This document shows positions 24,918-34,013 of a stretch of 64,000 nt of DNA, piece by piece. This DNA is from Longimicrobiales bacterium (GTDB lineage Bacteria > Gemmatimonadota > Gemmatimonadetes > Longimicrobiales > Gaopeijiaceae), in NCBI GenBank assembly GCA_965202805.1, contig OZ241869.1, forward strand, positions 1,376,001-1,440,000, in the 5' to 3' direction. The translations under genes were made by a program, and so were the position numbers. Every line of letters begins with the position of its first letter. Position 1 is the first letter of the stretch. The notes beneath the pieces are model-generated. The model made no database searches, was not told the origin of the DNA, and saw nothing but the letters and a program-made list of their open reading frames with translations.

Positions 24918-26378
24918 CTACCAGGGCTCGATGTATGGCGTCACCAGGATGACCAGATCGCGCTGGATCTTCTGCCGGCGGTCGACTCGAAAGAGGGCGC
25001 CGAGCACCGGGATCCTCATCAACAGGGGAATCCCCGAGCGGCTCTCGATCTCCTCGGTCACGGTCAGCCCGCCGATGACCACCGTTTCCCCATCCCGGAC
25101 CAGCACGCGGGACGCCGCTTCCTGCGTATGGAAGACGACGCCGGCATCGGATGCGGCCGGGGTGAATTCCGCGAAGGAGCGTTCCGCGTGAAGGTCGAGC
25201 AGGACGTTGCCTCCCTCGGTGACGTGCGGGGTCACCTCGAACACGATGCCCGTCTCCTGAATCTCCACGGCAGCGGTGGGCACCACAGGGGACGGCAGCC
25301 CTCCCCCACCCCCGGCGCCCGCGTCCAGTACCCTGATCGGCGTGCGTTCACCCACCAGGATGCGGGCGGTCTGGTTGTCCAGGACGGAGATGTACGGGGC
25401 CGCCTCCATGCGCGACAGGTTGAGCGTCTCGAGCGCTTCCAGGAATGCCAGCAGCGTGTGTCGTCCCAGGAGCAGCGAGGTCAGCACCGAAAGCGCGGAG
25501 CCCGAAATGCGAATTCCCGCGTTGCCGAGCGCGGAGATGGAGTTCCCGTCCAGCAACACCATGTCCTCGTTGACGGGTTCGTCCGATGGTTCGCTGCCGG
25601 AAGCCTCGCCGCCCGCGTCCTGCGAGTTTTCGCCCGGGTCCGTTCCCCCGAATGGGAGATGCAGCTGGTTGCCGCGGGAGTCCCGCAGGTCGTAGGTGAC
25701 CCCGAGTTCCTCCAGCCCGGTCCGGTGCACGAAGACGATCCGGGCGGAGATGGTGATCTGGGGAGCACGTGTGTCGAGTTCCTGGAAGAGCGGGTCGACC
25801 TGGGCCAGCACTCTGGGCACGTCCGTCACGATGACGCTGTTCGTGGCCGGCGAGAGGGAAGCGCTGCCGCGGTCGCTCAGAAGCGACTGAGCGGATGGCA
25901 GCAGGTCGGCAGCGGCCGCGTAGCTTATGTGAAACACCCTCGTCTCAAGGGGCTCCACGTCTTCACGCCGGTTCAGGTTCTCGATGTTGTCGACCCTCAG
26001 AATGCCGTTCTCCAACTCGCGCGCCGCCAGCCCGTGCGAATCGAGAATGACGCGCAGGGCTTCGTCCCAGGGTTGTTCCCGGATGTCGGCCGAGACGATG
26101 CCGGTTACGTCGGCCCCGGGGACGATGGAGATGCCCGCGAACTCCGAGAAGGTGAAGAGCACATCCCGGAGCGGAGCCGCGACGAAGGTGGCGGTGATGC
26201 GCGGCTCCCCGGGAGACGCCTGGGCAACCTGCGGTGCAAGCATGGCGGGGGCGGCCAGGTCGGCGGAATGGACATCCTCCCGGGGACCGGGCGCCGGCGC
26301 GGACGCCGCTCCGTAAAGGGGAAGAACATCCACCGAGGGGAACCCCAGGCACATCCAGGCAACCAGCATCCGTTTCAT
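24918..26378 (-). CDS. pilQ: Type IV pilus secretin (compact; no AMIN domains apparent)
   Basis: STN/N0 domain, Secretin_N (TNSVIVTD), secretin core (VTPHV, VRDGETVVIGGL, GIPLLMRIPVLGALF, VTPYI). Confidence 0.9.
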   Translation of the reverse strand: MKRMLVAWMCLGFPSVDVLPLYGAASAPAPGPREDVHSADLAAPAMLAPQVAQASPGEPRITATFVAAPLRDVLFTFSEFAGISIVPGADVTGIVSADIREQPWDEALRVILDSHGLAARELENGILRVDNIENLNRREDVEPLETRVFHISYAAAADLLPSAQSLLSDRGSASLSPATNSVIVTDVPRVLAQVDPLFQELDTRAPQITISARIVFVHRTGLEELGVTYDLRDSRGNQLHLPFGGTDPGENSQDAGGEASGSEPSDEPVNEDMVLLDGNSISALGNAGIRISGSALSVLTSLLLGRHTLLAFLEALETLNLSRMEAAPYISVLDNQTARILVGERTPIRVLDAGAGGGGGLPSPVVPTAAVEIQETGIVFEVTPHVTEGGNVLLDLHAERSFAEFTPAASDAGVVFHTQEAASRVLVRDGETVVIGGLTVTEEIESRSGIPLLMRIPVLGALFRVDRRQKIQRDLVILVTPYIEPW

Positions 26379-26869
26379 CGCCCCGCTCTCCCTCGTTGTC
26401 GATTCAGGCGCAGCTCCCGTCGCTCACCAACTCCGAATCGGGTGATCTCGACGATCACGTACTCCTGCTCGACCCGGAGGACTCTCATGTCGCCCAGAAC
26501 GACATCCTGTCGAAGGCGAAACGTGCCTTCGCCGCTGCCGCTCGAGGCCGCTTGGGTCGCTGTCCCCGAACTGATCAGAGCGACGCTCTCCCGCGGGTTG
26601 AGGGAGTGGATGACGCCGATAAGCCGCAGCTCCTCGAACCTGGTTCCCGCCGAGCTGTCGGGCAGAAGCCGCACAAACGGGTCGCGCCGGTCGCCTCCGG
26701 GATAGACGAAGACCTCCCGGTCCGGACTCGGTTCGCGATCCTCGGCGCCAGACGCCGCAGGGACGCCTTCCGCGCCGGGCAACGTCGGAGGTCGAGCCTG
26801 CCCGATGAGCGCCCGAGGTCCCAGTGCTGCGGCTGCGAGAGCAGACACGAGGCGCAGTACGGCATTCAT
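26375..26869 (-). CDS. PilP-like pilus assembly protein
   Basis: Y....RRDPF motif, LRLIGVI; located between pilO and pilQ. Confidence 0.7.
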   Translation of the reverse strand: MNAVLRLVSALAAAALGPRALIGQARPPTLPGAEGVPAASGAEDREPSPDREVFVYPGGDRRDPFVRLLPDSSAGTRFEELRLIGVIHSLNPRESVALISSGTATQAASSGSGEGTFRLRQDVVLGDMRVLRVEQEYVIVEITRFGVGERRELRLNRQRGRAGR

Positions 26870-27474
26870 CGGGCGACCTCGATCGGCGGCCCGTTCGACC
26901 CGGCGGCAGGCGTCCCTGACCGGGGACGCACATACGTCTCGATCCGGAACTGAGCCCGCACAGCCGAATCGTCCTCCATGGACGGGTCGGGAACCGAAGT
27001 CATCTCCACCGCCGTCGGCGTAACGATGCGCGGCAGCGACGCGACGGCCGTAAGAAAGCGTGCCACCTCGTGGTAGCGCCCCACCACGGACACCTCATAG
27101 CTGCGCTTCGCGTAGAACGGACCGCTCCCTCCTTCTCCGGGACGAATGAAGGCCAGATCGCCCAGCCCCGAGCGCCGGGCTTCGGCCGCCAGCGACTCCA
27201 GGAGCGCCGGGAGCTCCTCGCTGCGGGGGATCAACTGCTCCAGCTGCGCGATGCGATCCGCGTAGCGTTCCAGCCGGCTCGCGAGTTGCGCAGTCCCCTC
27301 GGGCACCAGGCTCCGCCCAAGGTCGTTCGCGGCCTCCAGCTGTTGCAGCCGCCGCTCCAGGCGCTCGGCCTCCCCGGTCCGCCCACGGCGCTCATGGTAG
27401 AGCAGGGCGGCGGCCAGTGTCACCAGGACCGCGCCGAGCAGCGCGGGCCGCCGACCCGGGATGCCGATCTTCAT
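26866..27474 (-). CDS. pilO: Type IV pilus assembly protein PilO
   Basis: N-terminal TM, coiled coil, LIPRSEELPALL, GRYHEVARFL..VASLPRIV. Confidence 0.85.
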   Translation of the reverse strand: MKIGIPGRRPALLGAVLVTLAAALLYHERRGRTGEAERLERRLQQLEAANDLGRSLVPEGTAQLASRLERYADRIAQLEQLIPRSEELPALLESLAAEARRSGLGDLAFIRPGEGGSGPFYAKRSYEVSVVGRYHEVARFLTAVASLPRIVTPTAVEMTSVPDPSMEDDSAVRAQFRIETYVRPRSGTPAAGSNGPPIEVAR

Positions 27475-28097
27475 GACGGGTTCTCCATTGTGCGCCGGGG
27501 CTGGTAGGCGACCCAAAGGACGAAGGCACTGAGGACCCACTCACCGCCGCCCGGCAATCGTTCGGCGACCTGCTCGGTGCCGGCCAGGCTGACGGAAGCC
27601 AGGAAGGGAGAGGCTTCCAGCCGGTTCATGAAGCGCGTCAATGCAAGGGTGTTTGCGGTCCGTCCCTCGATCTCCACCTGGAGTTCATCCCCGGCGCCCG
27701 CTTCCGCGATGCGCGTCAGCCAGGTGAAGTCCGGCACGGCAGCCGCCACGTCATCGAGGATGTGGGGCCAGACGTACCGCCCATCGTCGAGTTCCCGGAT
27801 GATCCGCATCCGCGCGGCCACGGAATCGCGTCCGGCGCGCAATTGCTCTGCGGTGGAGATGAGGCCGGCCAAATCGGTCGAGTCGCGCACGGCCTGGGCG
27901 ACTCGATCCTCCAGAGCCCGGTGCCGGTCGCGCGCACCGGGGTGCAGCACCGCCAGTACGAGGAGGGTGACCAGCCCGGGAACGCTGGCCAGCAGGTGCC
28001 ACAGCGAGGCCGCCCTCGAAGCCGGCGCTTCCACCGACGAGTGCGGTGTGCGCGCGCCTCTGCCCGCGTCCTGCGGCATCAGGTTGATTTCGATCAC
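27471..28097 (-). CDS. pilN: Type IV pilus assembly protein PilN
   Basis: N-terminal IEINLMP (INLLP-like) motif, TM, WPHILDDV..AVPDFTWLT, FMNRLEASPF. Confidence 0.85.
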   Translation of the reverse strand: MIEINLMPQDAGRGARTPHSSVEAPASRAASLWHLLASVPGLVTLLVLAVLHPGARDRHRALEDRVAQAVRDSTDLAGLISTAEQLRAGRDSVAARMRIIRELDDGRYVWPHILDDVAAAVPDFTWLTRIAEAGAGDELQVEIEGRTANTLALTRFMNRLEASPFLASVSLAGTEQVAERLPGGGEWVLSAFVLWVAYQPRRTMENPS

Positions 28098-29131
28098 CGG
28101 TCGCGGCTCCGTGCCGATGAGCGCAGCGCCAGTCCCACCGGCAGCAGCAGCATGGGTGCGATCTCCTCCAACTCGACGCCGACGCAGGCATCGGGACGGA
28201 CGGGGAGCTGCTCGAAGGGGTTGGCGACATGCGTCTCGACCGAGAGAACGCGGCCCAGCGCATCGGCCAGGCCCGGAATCCGCGCCCCTCCGCCACTCAG
28301 GTAGACGCGCCCCAGACCCAGGTCGGCAGGCCTCGTCTTGAGGAAGGCCGTCGCCTGCTCCAACCCCACGGCCATTTCGTCCGCGGCGACTTCGACGACC
28401 GACTGGAAATCCGGCGATGCCCGCTGGCCGCGAATGATGGCTTCCGTGGACCGCGTGTCGAGGTCCAACTCCCGCTTGGCCGCCCTGCACAGAGAGTGCA
28501 CGCCAAAATGGAGATCGCGTGTGACCGCAGGGATTCCTTCCTCCACAACGACCACGGTGGTCGTCTCCCAGCCCATGTCCGCGACCATGACGATCCCCTC
28601 GGCCGCTTCGGGATGGTTGTGGATCAGGGCATTCCCAAGCGCAAAGCCATCCACATCCAGCACTTCGAGCACGAGTCCCGCGGCGGACACGATGTCGGCA
28701 GCGCCGTGCACGAGGTCTCGTTTGGCCGCCACCAGGAGGACATCCATTGGATCTCCGGAGGTGAGGATCTGGAAGTCCAGTTCAACGCTGGCGGTATCGA
28801 AGGAAAGATGCTGTTCGGCTTCCCAGCGGATGACCTCCCGCAGTTCGGACGGCTTCATGCGCTCCAACTCGACTCGCTTGACAATCACATCGTGACCGCC
28901 GACGCCGGTCACAACCTGGCGGCTCCTCAATCCGGAATCCCGGAACAGCTCGGCGACCGCTTCCACCACGGCAGCTCCGGCGTGCGCCTCGCCGCCCTCC
29001 TCCGTCAACGCGCGCATCGCGATTCGAGAGACTTCGGGAGCATTCCCGGCATGGCTCACCTGAACGACCTTCAGGTATCGGCTCCCGACATCGAGACCGA
29101 TGGACACCTGTCCGCGCCTGAACCAGCTCAT
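28094..29131 (-). CDS. pilM: Type IV pilus assembly protein PilM
   Basis: IGLDVGS, IRWEAEQHL, VLLVAAKR, LSGGGA and ANPF..VGLALR motifs. Confidence 0.92.
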   Translation of the reverse strand: MSWFRRGQVSIGLDVGSRYLKVVQVSHAGNAPEVSRIAMRALTEEGGEAHAGAAVVEAVAELFRDSGLRSRQVVTGVGGHDVIVKRVELERMKPSELREVIRWEAEQHLSFDTASVELDFQILTSGDPMDVLLVAAKRDLVHGAADIVSAAGLVLEVLDVDGFALGNALIHNHPEAAEGIVMVADMGWETTTVVVVEEGIPAVTRDLHFGVHSLCRAAKRELDLDTRSTEAIIRGQRASPDFQSVVEVAADEMAVGLEQATAFLKTRPADLGLGRVYLSGGGARIPGLADALGRVLSVETHVANPFEQLPVRPDACVGVELEEIAPMLLLPVGLALRSSARSRDR

Positions 29132-29143
29132 CGGCCCCAAACG

Positions 29144-30277
29144 CTAGACCGGCTCGATCCAGGAGCCCGCCGGCATGGCTCGCATCGTCCGTAGTCCGGC
29201 ATGGCTGAGCGCGCGCAGCCCGGCGCAGGCGGACCCCTCCACTCGAGCCCGGCCTTCCAGGAGCACCTGGTCGCCGGATCGGATCCATCCCGCGACGAGG
29301 ACGTCGTCGGCGAGGCGGACCGTCCCGCCCGCCAGCACCAGTCCCGCGAAGGTCGCGTCCGCCGAGAAGCTTGCTTCCCCGTCGACCACGAGCACCCCCT
29401 GCCCCTCGCCTCCGGTCACCTGCAGCGACCCACGGACCACGACGACCGGAAGGTAGGTTCCACAGCTCCCGGCGGGATTGAGGGGCGTGCCCCAATTGCC
29501 CGCCGGAGTTGCCGGACAACCGCTGCCCAGATGGACGCGCGTACTGCCACCAGGGACGCCGAGCGTGATGTCCGCCAGTCCCTCCAGATCCTGGAGCGAC
29601 AACGCCCCAAGGTTCAGGGACGGCGGATTCAGGTCGACCGCCAGGCGCTGCCGCCGGGCCGGCTCCAGCGTCGAAGCCGGGGGCACCCAGGACGCACTCT
29701 CCGATACACTGCCATGCGGAAAGAGCGAATCCGCCAGAGGCAGGTGTGGCGCGCACTCCGTAGTGCTCCAGGTTAAAGGAACAGCCGTGACACGGTCCCC
29801 CGCTATCAGGGCCGAATCCATGACCGCTGCATGGGCCCGGGACGCGACCGCGGCCGGGAATGCAGCGAGCCGGGCACCCGGATCGAGCGCCCAGGTCAGC
29901 CGCCCCGCCGTCGTGCGCGCCTCGCCGTCTACCCTCCCCTCCCCCGCGAGCAGGTAAATCTCTCGCGTAAGACGATGCGCCACAACGCGGTAGCCACCTC
30001 GATCCCCGTGCGCACCCTCCACCACCGCACTGTCCCCGACGGGAGTGGCCGCAAGCACTTCCGCCGCCGACCCGGCCACAGCGCGGACCCCGCCCTCGGC
30101 CGCGAGCCGCGCGACCAGCAGGTCGCGTTCCGCTCCGGCAACCGCAAGTTCCTGCCGCGCCAGGTAGTGGAGGAGGTGCCCGAAGGCGGTGGCGGCAAGC
30201 AGTACCATGAGGATCACCGGAATCGCAAATCCCGCATCGGCCATATCTCCCGAGGCGGCAACGCTCCTCACGGCCAT
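29144..30277 (-). CDS. PilX-like minor pilin (start uncertain)
   Basis: G|FAIPVILMVLL prepilin-like segment lacking Glu5, ARLAAEGG, beta-rich C-terminus; fourth gene of the minor pilin run. Confidence 0.65.
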   Translation of the reverse strand: MAVRSVAASGDMADAGFAIPVILMVLLAATAFGHLLHYLARQELAVAGAERDLLVARLAAEGGVRAVAGSAAEVLAATPVGDSAVVEGAHGDRGGYRVVAHRLTREIYLLAGEGRVDGEARTTAGRLTWALDPGARLAAFPAAVASRAHAAVMDSALIAGDRVTAVPLTWSTTECAPHLPLADSLFPHGSVSESASWVPPASTLEPARRQRLAVDLNPPSLNLGALSLQDLEGLADITLGVPGGSTRVHLGSGCPATPAGNWGTPLNPAGSCGTYLPVVVVRGSLQVTGGEGQGVLVVDGEASFSADATFAGLVLAGGTVRLADDVLVAGWIRSGDQVLLEGRARVEGSACAGLRALSHAGLRTMRAMPAGSWIEPV

Positions 30278-31005
30278 ATCTCCCGCGGCCATACGCGCAC
30301 TGAATCGATGGCCGTCGCAGCGTCGGCCGTTTCGAAGGCCAGCCGCAGATCGACTCCGACCCCATGGCCGGAAACTCCCGAGGCGGCACCGGCACCTGTT
30401 CGCAACACCTGCGCGGTGAGTGGCTGGCGACCCCCTCGACCCGGTCGGTAGCGGAAAGCCCCCGCGGCGACGTGGTAGCTGCCCCGCTCGAAGATTCGTC
30501 CCACGACCGCCCCGGGTACGGCCGGATTCAGCTCCCAAACCTCACCGCCGCCGCCATCTTCGCATGCGCCGGGACGAGCCCGGGCCCGGACGAGTTTCGT
30601 GACGCGCCACACCCCGTCCGTTCCGAGGACCAGCACGGAGTCCTTGGCGGAGTCGGGTCGGCGCAGCCCGGTGTAGCGCACCACCCACTGCGGCGGTGCG
30701 ACGCTGGCACACCGAACCGCCGTTCCGCGGACCGCCCTTACGACAACGGAATCTCCGTCGCCCCCCGCCACCCAGTCGATCCCGGCAAGCCCCGTCCTCA
30801 GTTCCTGCGCGAGCGTGTACCGCGCAATTCTTCCGGTCTCGCGCACTTCCGAGTCCGTGGTCACGTTCGCCAGGGCATGTCGAAGGGTTACCAGTGTCCG
30901 CAGCGCCGCCCCCGTGACCGCGATCATGAGCAGCATGGCGGTAAGAGCCTCCACGATCGAGGAGCCGCGACGGGAAGCGAGTACCGGCGGAGGTGACGCG
31001 CCCAT
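30268..31005 (-). CDS. PilW-like minor pilin
   Basis: RRG|SSIVEALTAMLL prepilin motif, LAQELR. Confidence 0.7.
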   Translation of the reverse strand: MGASPPPVLASRRGSSIVEALTAMLLMIAVTGAALRTLVTLRHALANVTTDSEVRETGRIARYTLAQELRTGLAGIDWVAGGDGDSVVVRAVRGTAVRCASVAPPQWVVRYTGLRRPDSAKDSVLVLGTDGVWRVTKLVRARARPGACEDGGGGEVWELNPAVPGAVVGRIFERGSYHVAAGAFRYRPGRGGRQPLTAQVLRTGAGAASGVSGHGVGVDLRLAFETADAATAIDSVRVWPREIWP

Positions 31006-31006
31006 C

Positions 31007-31381
31007 TCAGGGTACCGGCACCGTGGCCGTCACGCGCAGCAACTCCGCTCTCGTGGTGTCGTGTGCGCTGGCCCGGACGACTACCTGCAGAAGACGGCCA
31101 CCCAGGGGAACCGGATCGTCCCAGGCCAACACCCCCCACGGGTGCTGGCGCGTCCCGCCGCCCGATGCCCCGAAGAGTCCAAGAGAGTCGGCGATTTCGC
31201 CCGCCGCCACGACCGCCGCGGCCAGTTCCCCGGCGCGCCGCCAGGTATGGAGCGATCCGGTACCCAGCGCGGCCGTGGCCAACAGCCCCGTGCACAGGAG
31301 CACAATGGCCAGCATCGCCTCGACGAGCGTGAAGCCCGCAGGTGCCGCCCTGGCGGGACGCGGCCGGGTCGACCCACTCAT
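31007..31381 (-). CDS. PilV-like minor pilin
   Basis: G|FTLVEAMLAIVLL prepilin cleavage/methylation motif. Confidence 0.8.
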   Translation of the reverse strand: MSGSTRPRPARAAPAGFTLVEAMLAIVLLCTGLLATAALGTGSLHTWRRAGELAAAVVAAGEIADSLGLFGASGGGTRQHPWGVLAWDDPVPLGGRLLQVVVRASAHDTTRAELLRVTATVPVP

Positions 31382-31806
31382 CGCCGCGAGACCCGCCCGT
31401 AGGTGGAAACCACCAGCGACGCGGATGCGGCGCCCCGCCCGAAGCGAAGCGTGCGGGCCGCCATCCGGCCCAGCCCGAGCGCATTGAACTCGATGGTTGC
31501 GAGCGTGTCTCGCCCCGACATGTCGAGCGACACTCCGTAGCGGTCTCCCAGGTCGATGCGCTCCCGGAAGGTGCCCCCGAGGCTGCGCTCGATGTGCCCG
31601 CGGCGAGGCAGTATCGTGACCGTCGAGGCACCCGACCCCAGCGCGTCCACCCGAGCACGCGCAAGAAGTGCCGCGCCGGCCTCGCGTGCCTGGGTCACGG
31701 CCCAGCGATCCCGGTGCCGCTGCAGGGCGGGCAGCCCCAGCGCAATCCCGATGCCGACGATCGCCAGCACCAACAGGCACTCGAAAAGTGTGAATCCCCC
31801 GTTCAT
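31378..31806 (-). CDS. FimT/FimU (GspH-like) minor pilin
   Basis: G|FTLFECLLVLAIVGI..LGLP, ARVDAL, IEFNALG and C-terminal YGRV. Confidence 0.85.
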   Translation of the reverse strand: MNGGFTLFECLLVLAIVGIGIALGLPALQRHRDRWAVTQAREAGAALLARARVDALGSGASTVTILPRRGHIERSLGGTFRERIDLGDRYGVSLDMSGRDTLATIEFNALGLGRMAARTLRFGRGAASASLVVSTYGRVSRR

Positions 31807-31938
31807 GCCATGAAAGATGGCGTCGGGGAATGCTGCCGGGGATGGCGTTCCGGGACTACGGAATGTCGAATCCGGGACTGCCCGGAGTCGGGGGCCGCTC
31901 CGACCGCGATCGCGATCGCGACCGCTTGGGGATGATCG

Positions 31939-33120
31939 TTACTGAAACTGCGTGGGGATCGTCAGAACCTGACCCGGATAGATGCGGCTGCCCAGCAGGT
32001 TGTTCGACCGGCGCAGCGCCGCGATCGTCGTGCCGTGCGCCCGCGCGATGTCCCAGAGAGAGTCTCCCCGCTGCACCCGGTAACTCAGGTTCATGGCCTG
32101 CTGCACACCGACTCCGCCACCCGCCGGGATGGTCAGAACCTGACCCGGATAGATGCGGCTGCCCAGCAGATTGTTCGACTGCTGGATCGCGGCGATCGTC
32201 GTGCCGTGCGCCCGCGCAATGTCCCAGAGAGCGTCCCCGCGTCGCACGCGATAGCTTCCGGAGGCGGCACCGGCCGACGATGGCGCGCCGGCCGCAGGCA
32301 TGGTCAGGAGCTGGCCGGGATAGATCCGGCTGGTTCGCAGATTGTTCGTCCGCTGGATGGCCGCGATCGTCGTGCCGTGCGCCCGCGCAATGTCCCAGAG
32401 AGCGTCCCCGCGTCGCACGCGATACGGTCCGCTGCCCGCGGCTGCGGCTCCGGCATCCTCGGTTGCGGCTGCCGCCCCGGCTTCGGGTGTCGCCGCCACC
32501 CGGGTCTCCGCCGCCTGGGCCGTCCCGGTCGCCAGGCCGTCCACGTAGCGGGTGTACGGCTCGGGGTACAGGGCGATGTGATAGTGGGGGGGGCGGGATT
32601 CGCGCGTGGCCTCGAGGACGCCGTTGGCTTCCAGGGAGAGCAGGACATCCTCCAGCCACGCCCGGCAGGGGCGATGGTTCGACCGGCGCAGGTCGACGGC
32701 CATGCCGGTGGGATGAACCGAGCGGCTGGAGGCGTTGGGGGGCTGCCGGTTGAGCGCGCGCGTCAGGCTCGTGACGACCATGACCTCCCCGCACGCCCTG
32801 CGGTACTGACCCGCAAGCCGTTCGACGAAGGTGCGAACCTGGGGACGGGCATACGGGAAGCTGACCTCGTCGTCGATATCATAGTCCCGGTTCCCGTGCA
32901 GAGGCACCAGGTAGCCCAACTCCACAAAGCGGTGCACGTGCGCGGGGGTCCGCAGGTAGGTGAAGTCGTGGGCCCGCGCCTGGACGTTCTGCTCCGTCAG
33001 CGAGCGGGACGATCCGCGGAGGCTCTGCGCGGCGACAGAGGTGGGAGCGAGGGCCACGAGAATCGTGACCAGAAGCGCGCCGAAGCCTGAAATGGTTGCC
33101 AGAGTGCGGTTTCGTCCCAT
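31939..33120 (-). CDS. Exported protein with putative M15/LAS-type zinc peptidase (DUF5715-like) domain and three LysM domains
   Basis: Signal peptide; SVHPTGMAVD and HYH metal-ligand pattern; three YRVxxGDxLWDIA..IYPGQ.L LysM repeats. Confidence 0.85.
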   Translation of the reverse strand: MGRNRTLATISGFGALLVTILVALAPTSVAAQSLRGSSRSLTEQNVQARAHDFTYLRTPAHVHRFVELGYLVPLHGNRDYDIDDEVSFPYARPQVRTFVERLAGQYRRACGEVMVVTSLTRALNRQPPNASSRSVHPTGMAVDLRRSNHRPCRAWLEDVLLSLEANGVLEATRESRPPHYHIALYPEPYTRYVDGLATGTAQAAETRVAATPEAGAAAATEDAGAAAAGSGPYRVRRGDALWDIARAHGTTIAAIQRTNNLRTSRIYPGQLLTMPAAGAPSSAGAASGSYRVRRGDALWDIARAHGTTIAAIQQSNNLLGSRIYPGQVLTIPAGGGVGVQQAMNLSYRVQRGDSLWDIARAHGTTIAALRRSNNLLGSRIYPGQVLTIPTQFQ

Positions 33121-33259
33121 CGTCTCCCATCCCGATCCGGGCTGCACCATGAGGGTGATCGGGTCGCCCCACGCCGATCATCTCCACACTTCATCTGTTT
33201 ACAGCGCGCAGGGTGTATTCTATACGTCGAATCGCCGTCGCCCGCAAGGGCGGGCGGGG

Positions 33260-33874
33260 CTATCCGGCGCCGGCGAAGTTGGCGGCCACGACATCCCAGT
33301 TGACCGTGTTCCACCACGCCGTGAGGTAGTCGGGGCGGCGATTCTGGTATCGCAGATAGTAGGCGTGCTCCCACACGTCGACGCCCAGGATCGGGGTCTC
33401 CCCATCCATGAGGGGACTGTCCTGGTTCGCCGTGGAGCGCACCGCCAGACCGGAATCGGTGGCGACCACCCAGCCCCAGCCGGATCCGAAGCGGGTGATG
33501 GCCGCGGTGTTGACCCGGCTCTTCAGCTCGTCGACGGAGCCGAAGGCGGCTTCGATCGCGGAGGCCAGATCACCGCTGGGGGCATCGGCGCCGCCGGGGG
33601 TCATCAGACGCCAGAACAGCGCGTGATTGACGTATCCGCCGCCGTTGTTCCGCACTGCGCCGCGGATGGCCCCGGGGACATCGCCCATGTTGCCGAGCAG
33701 GTCCTCCACGCTGCGTTCCTGCAAGCCGGGATGCGACTTGAGCGCTGCGTTGAGGTTGGCGGTGTAGGCCGCGTGGTGCTTCGAATGGTGTATCTCCATC
33801 GTGCGCGCGTCGATGTGCGGCTCGAGCGCATCGTAGTCGTAATCGAGGTCCGGAAGAGCGTGGGGATGGGCCAT
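33260..33874 (-). CDS. sodA: Mn/Fe superoxide dismutase
   Basis: HHSKHH, NNGGG..NHALFW, FGSGWGW, NQD and DVWEHAYY motifs. Confidence 0.95.
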   Translation of the reverse strand: MAHPHALPDLDYDYDALEPHIDARTMEIHHSKHHAAYTANLNAALKSHPGLQERSVEDLLGNMGDVPGAIRGAVRNNGGGYVNHALFWRLMTPGGADAPSGDLASAIEAAFGSVDELKSRVNTAAITRFGSGWGWVVATDSGLAVRSTANQDSPLMDGETPILGVDVWEHAYYLRYQNRRPDYLTAWWNTVNWDVVAANFAGAG

Positions 33875-34013
33875 GGTCGGAGGCTCCGCTGCATGAAGGG
33901 GACGTTAGCCCGGGCACCTTGCCGATGCCGGGCCAGGGACGTCGGGAGATCGGCATCGTATCTTACAGGCAAGAGGCCCGGAGTTCCACCATCGGCCACG
34001 GGAGGATCTGGAG

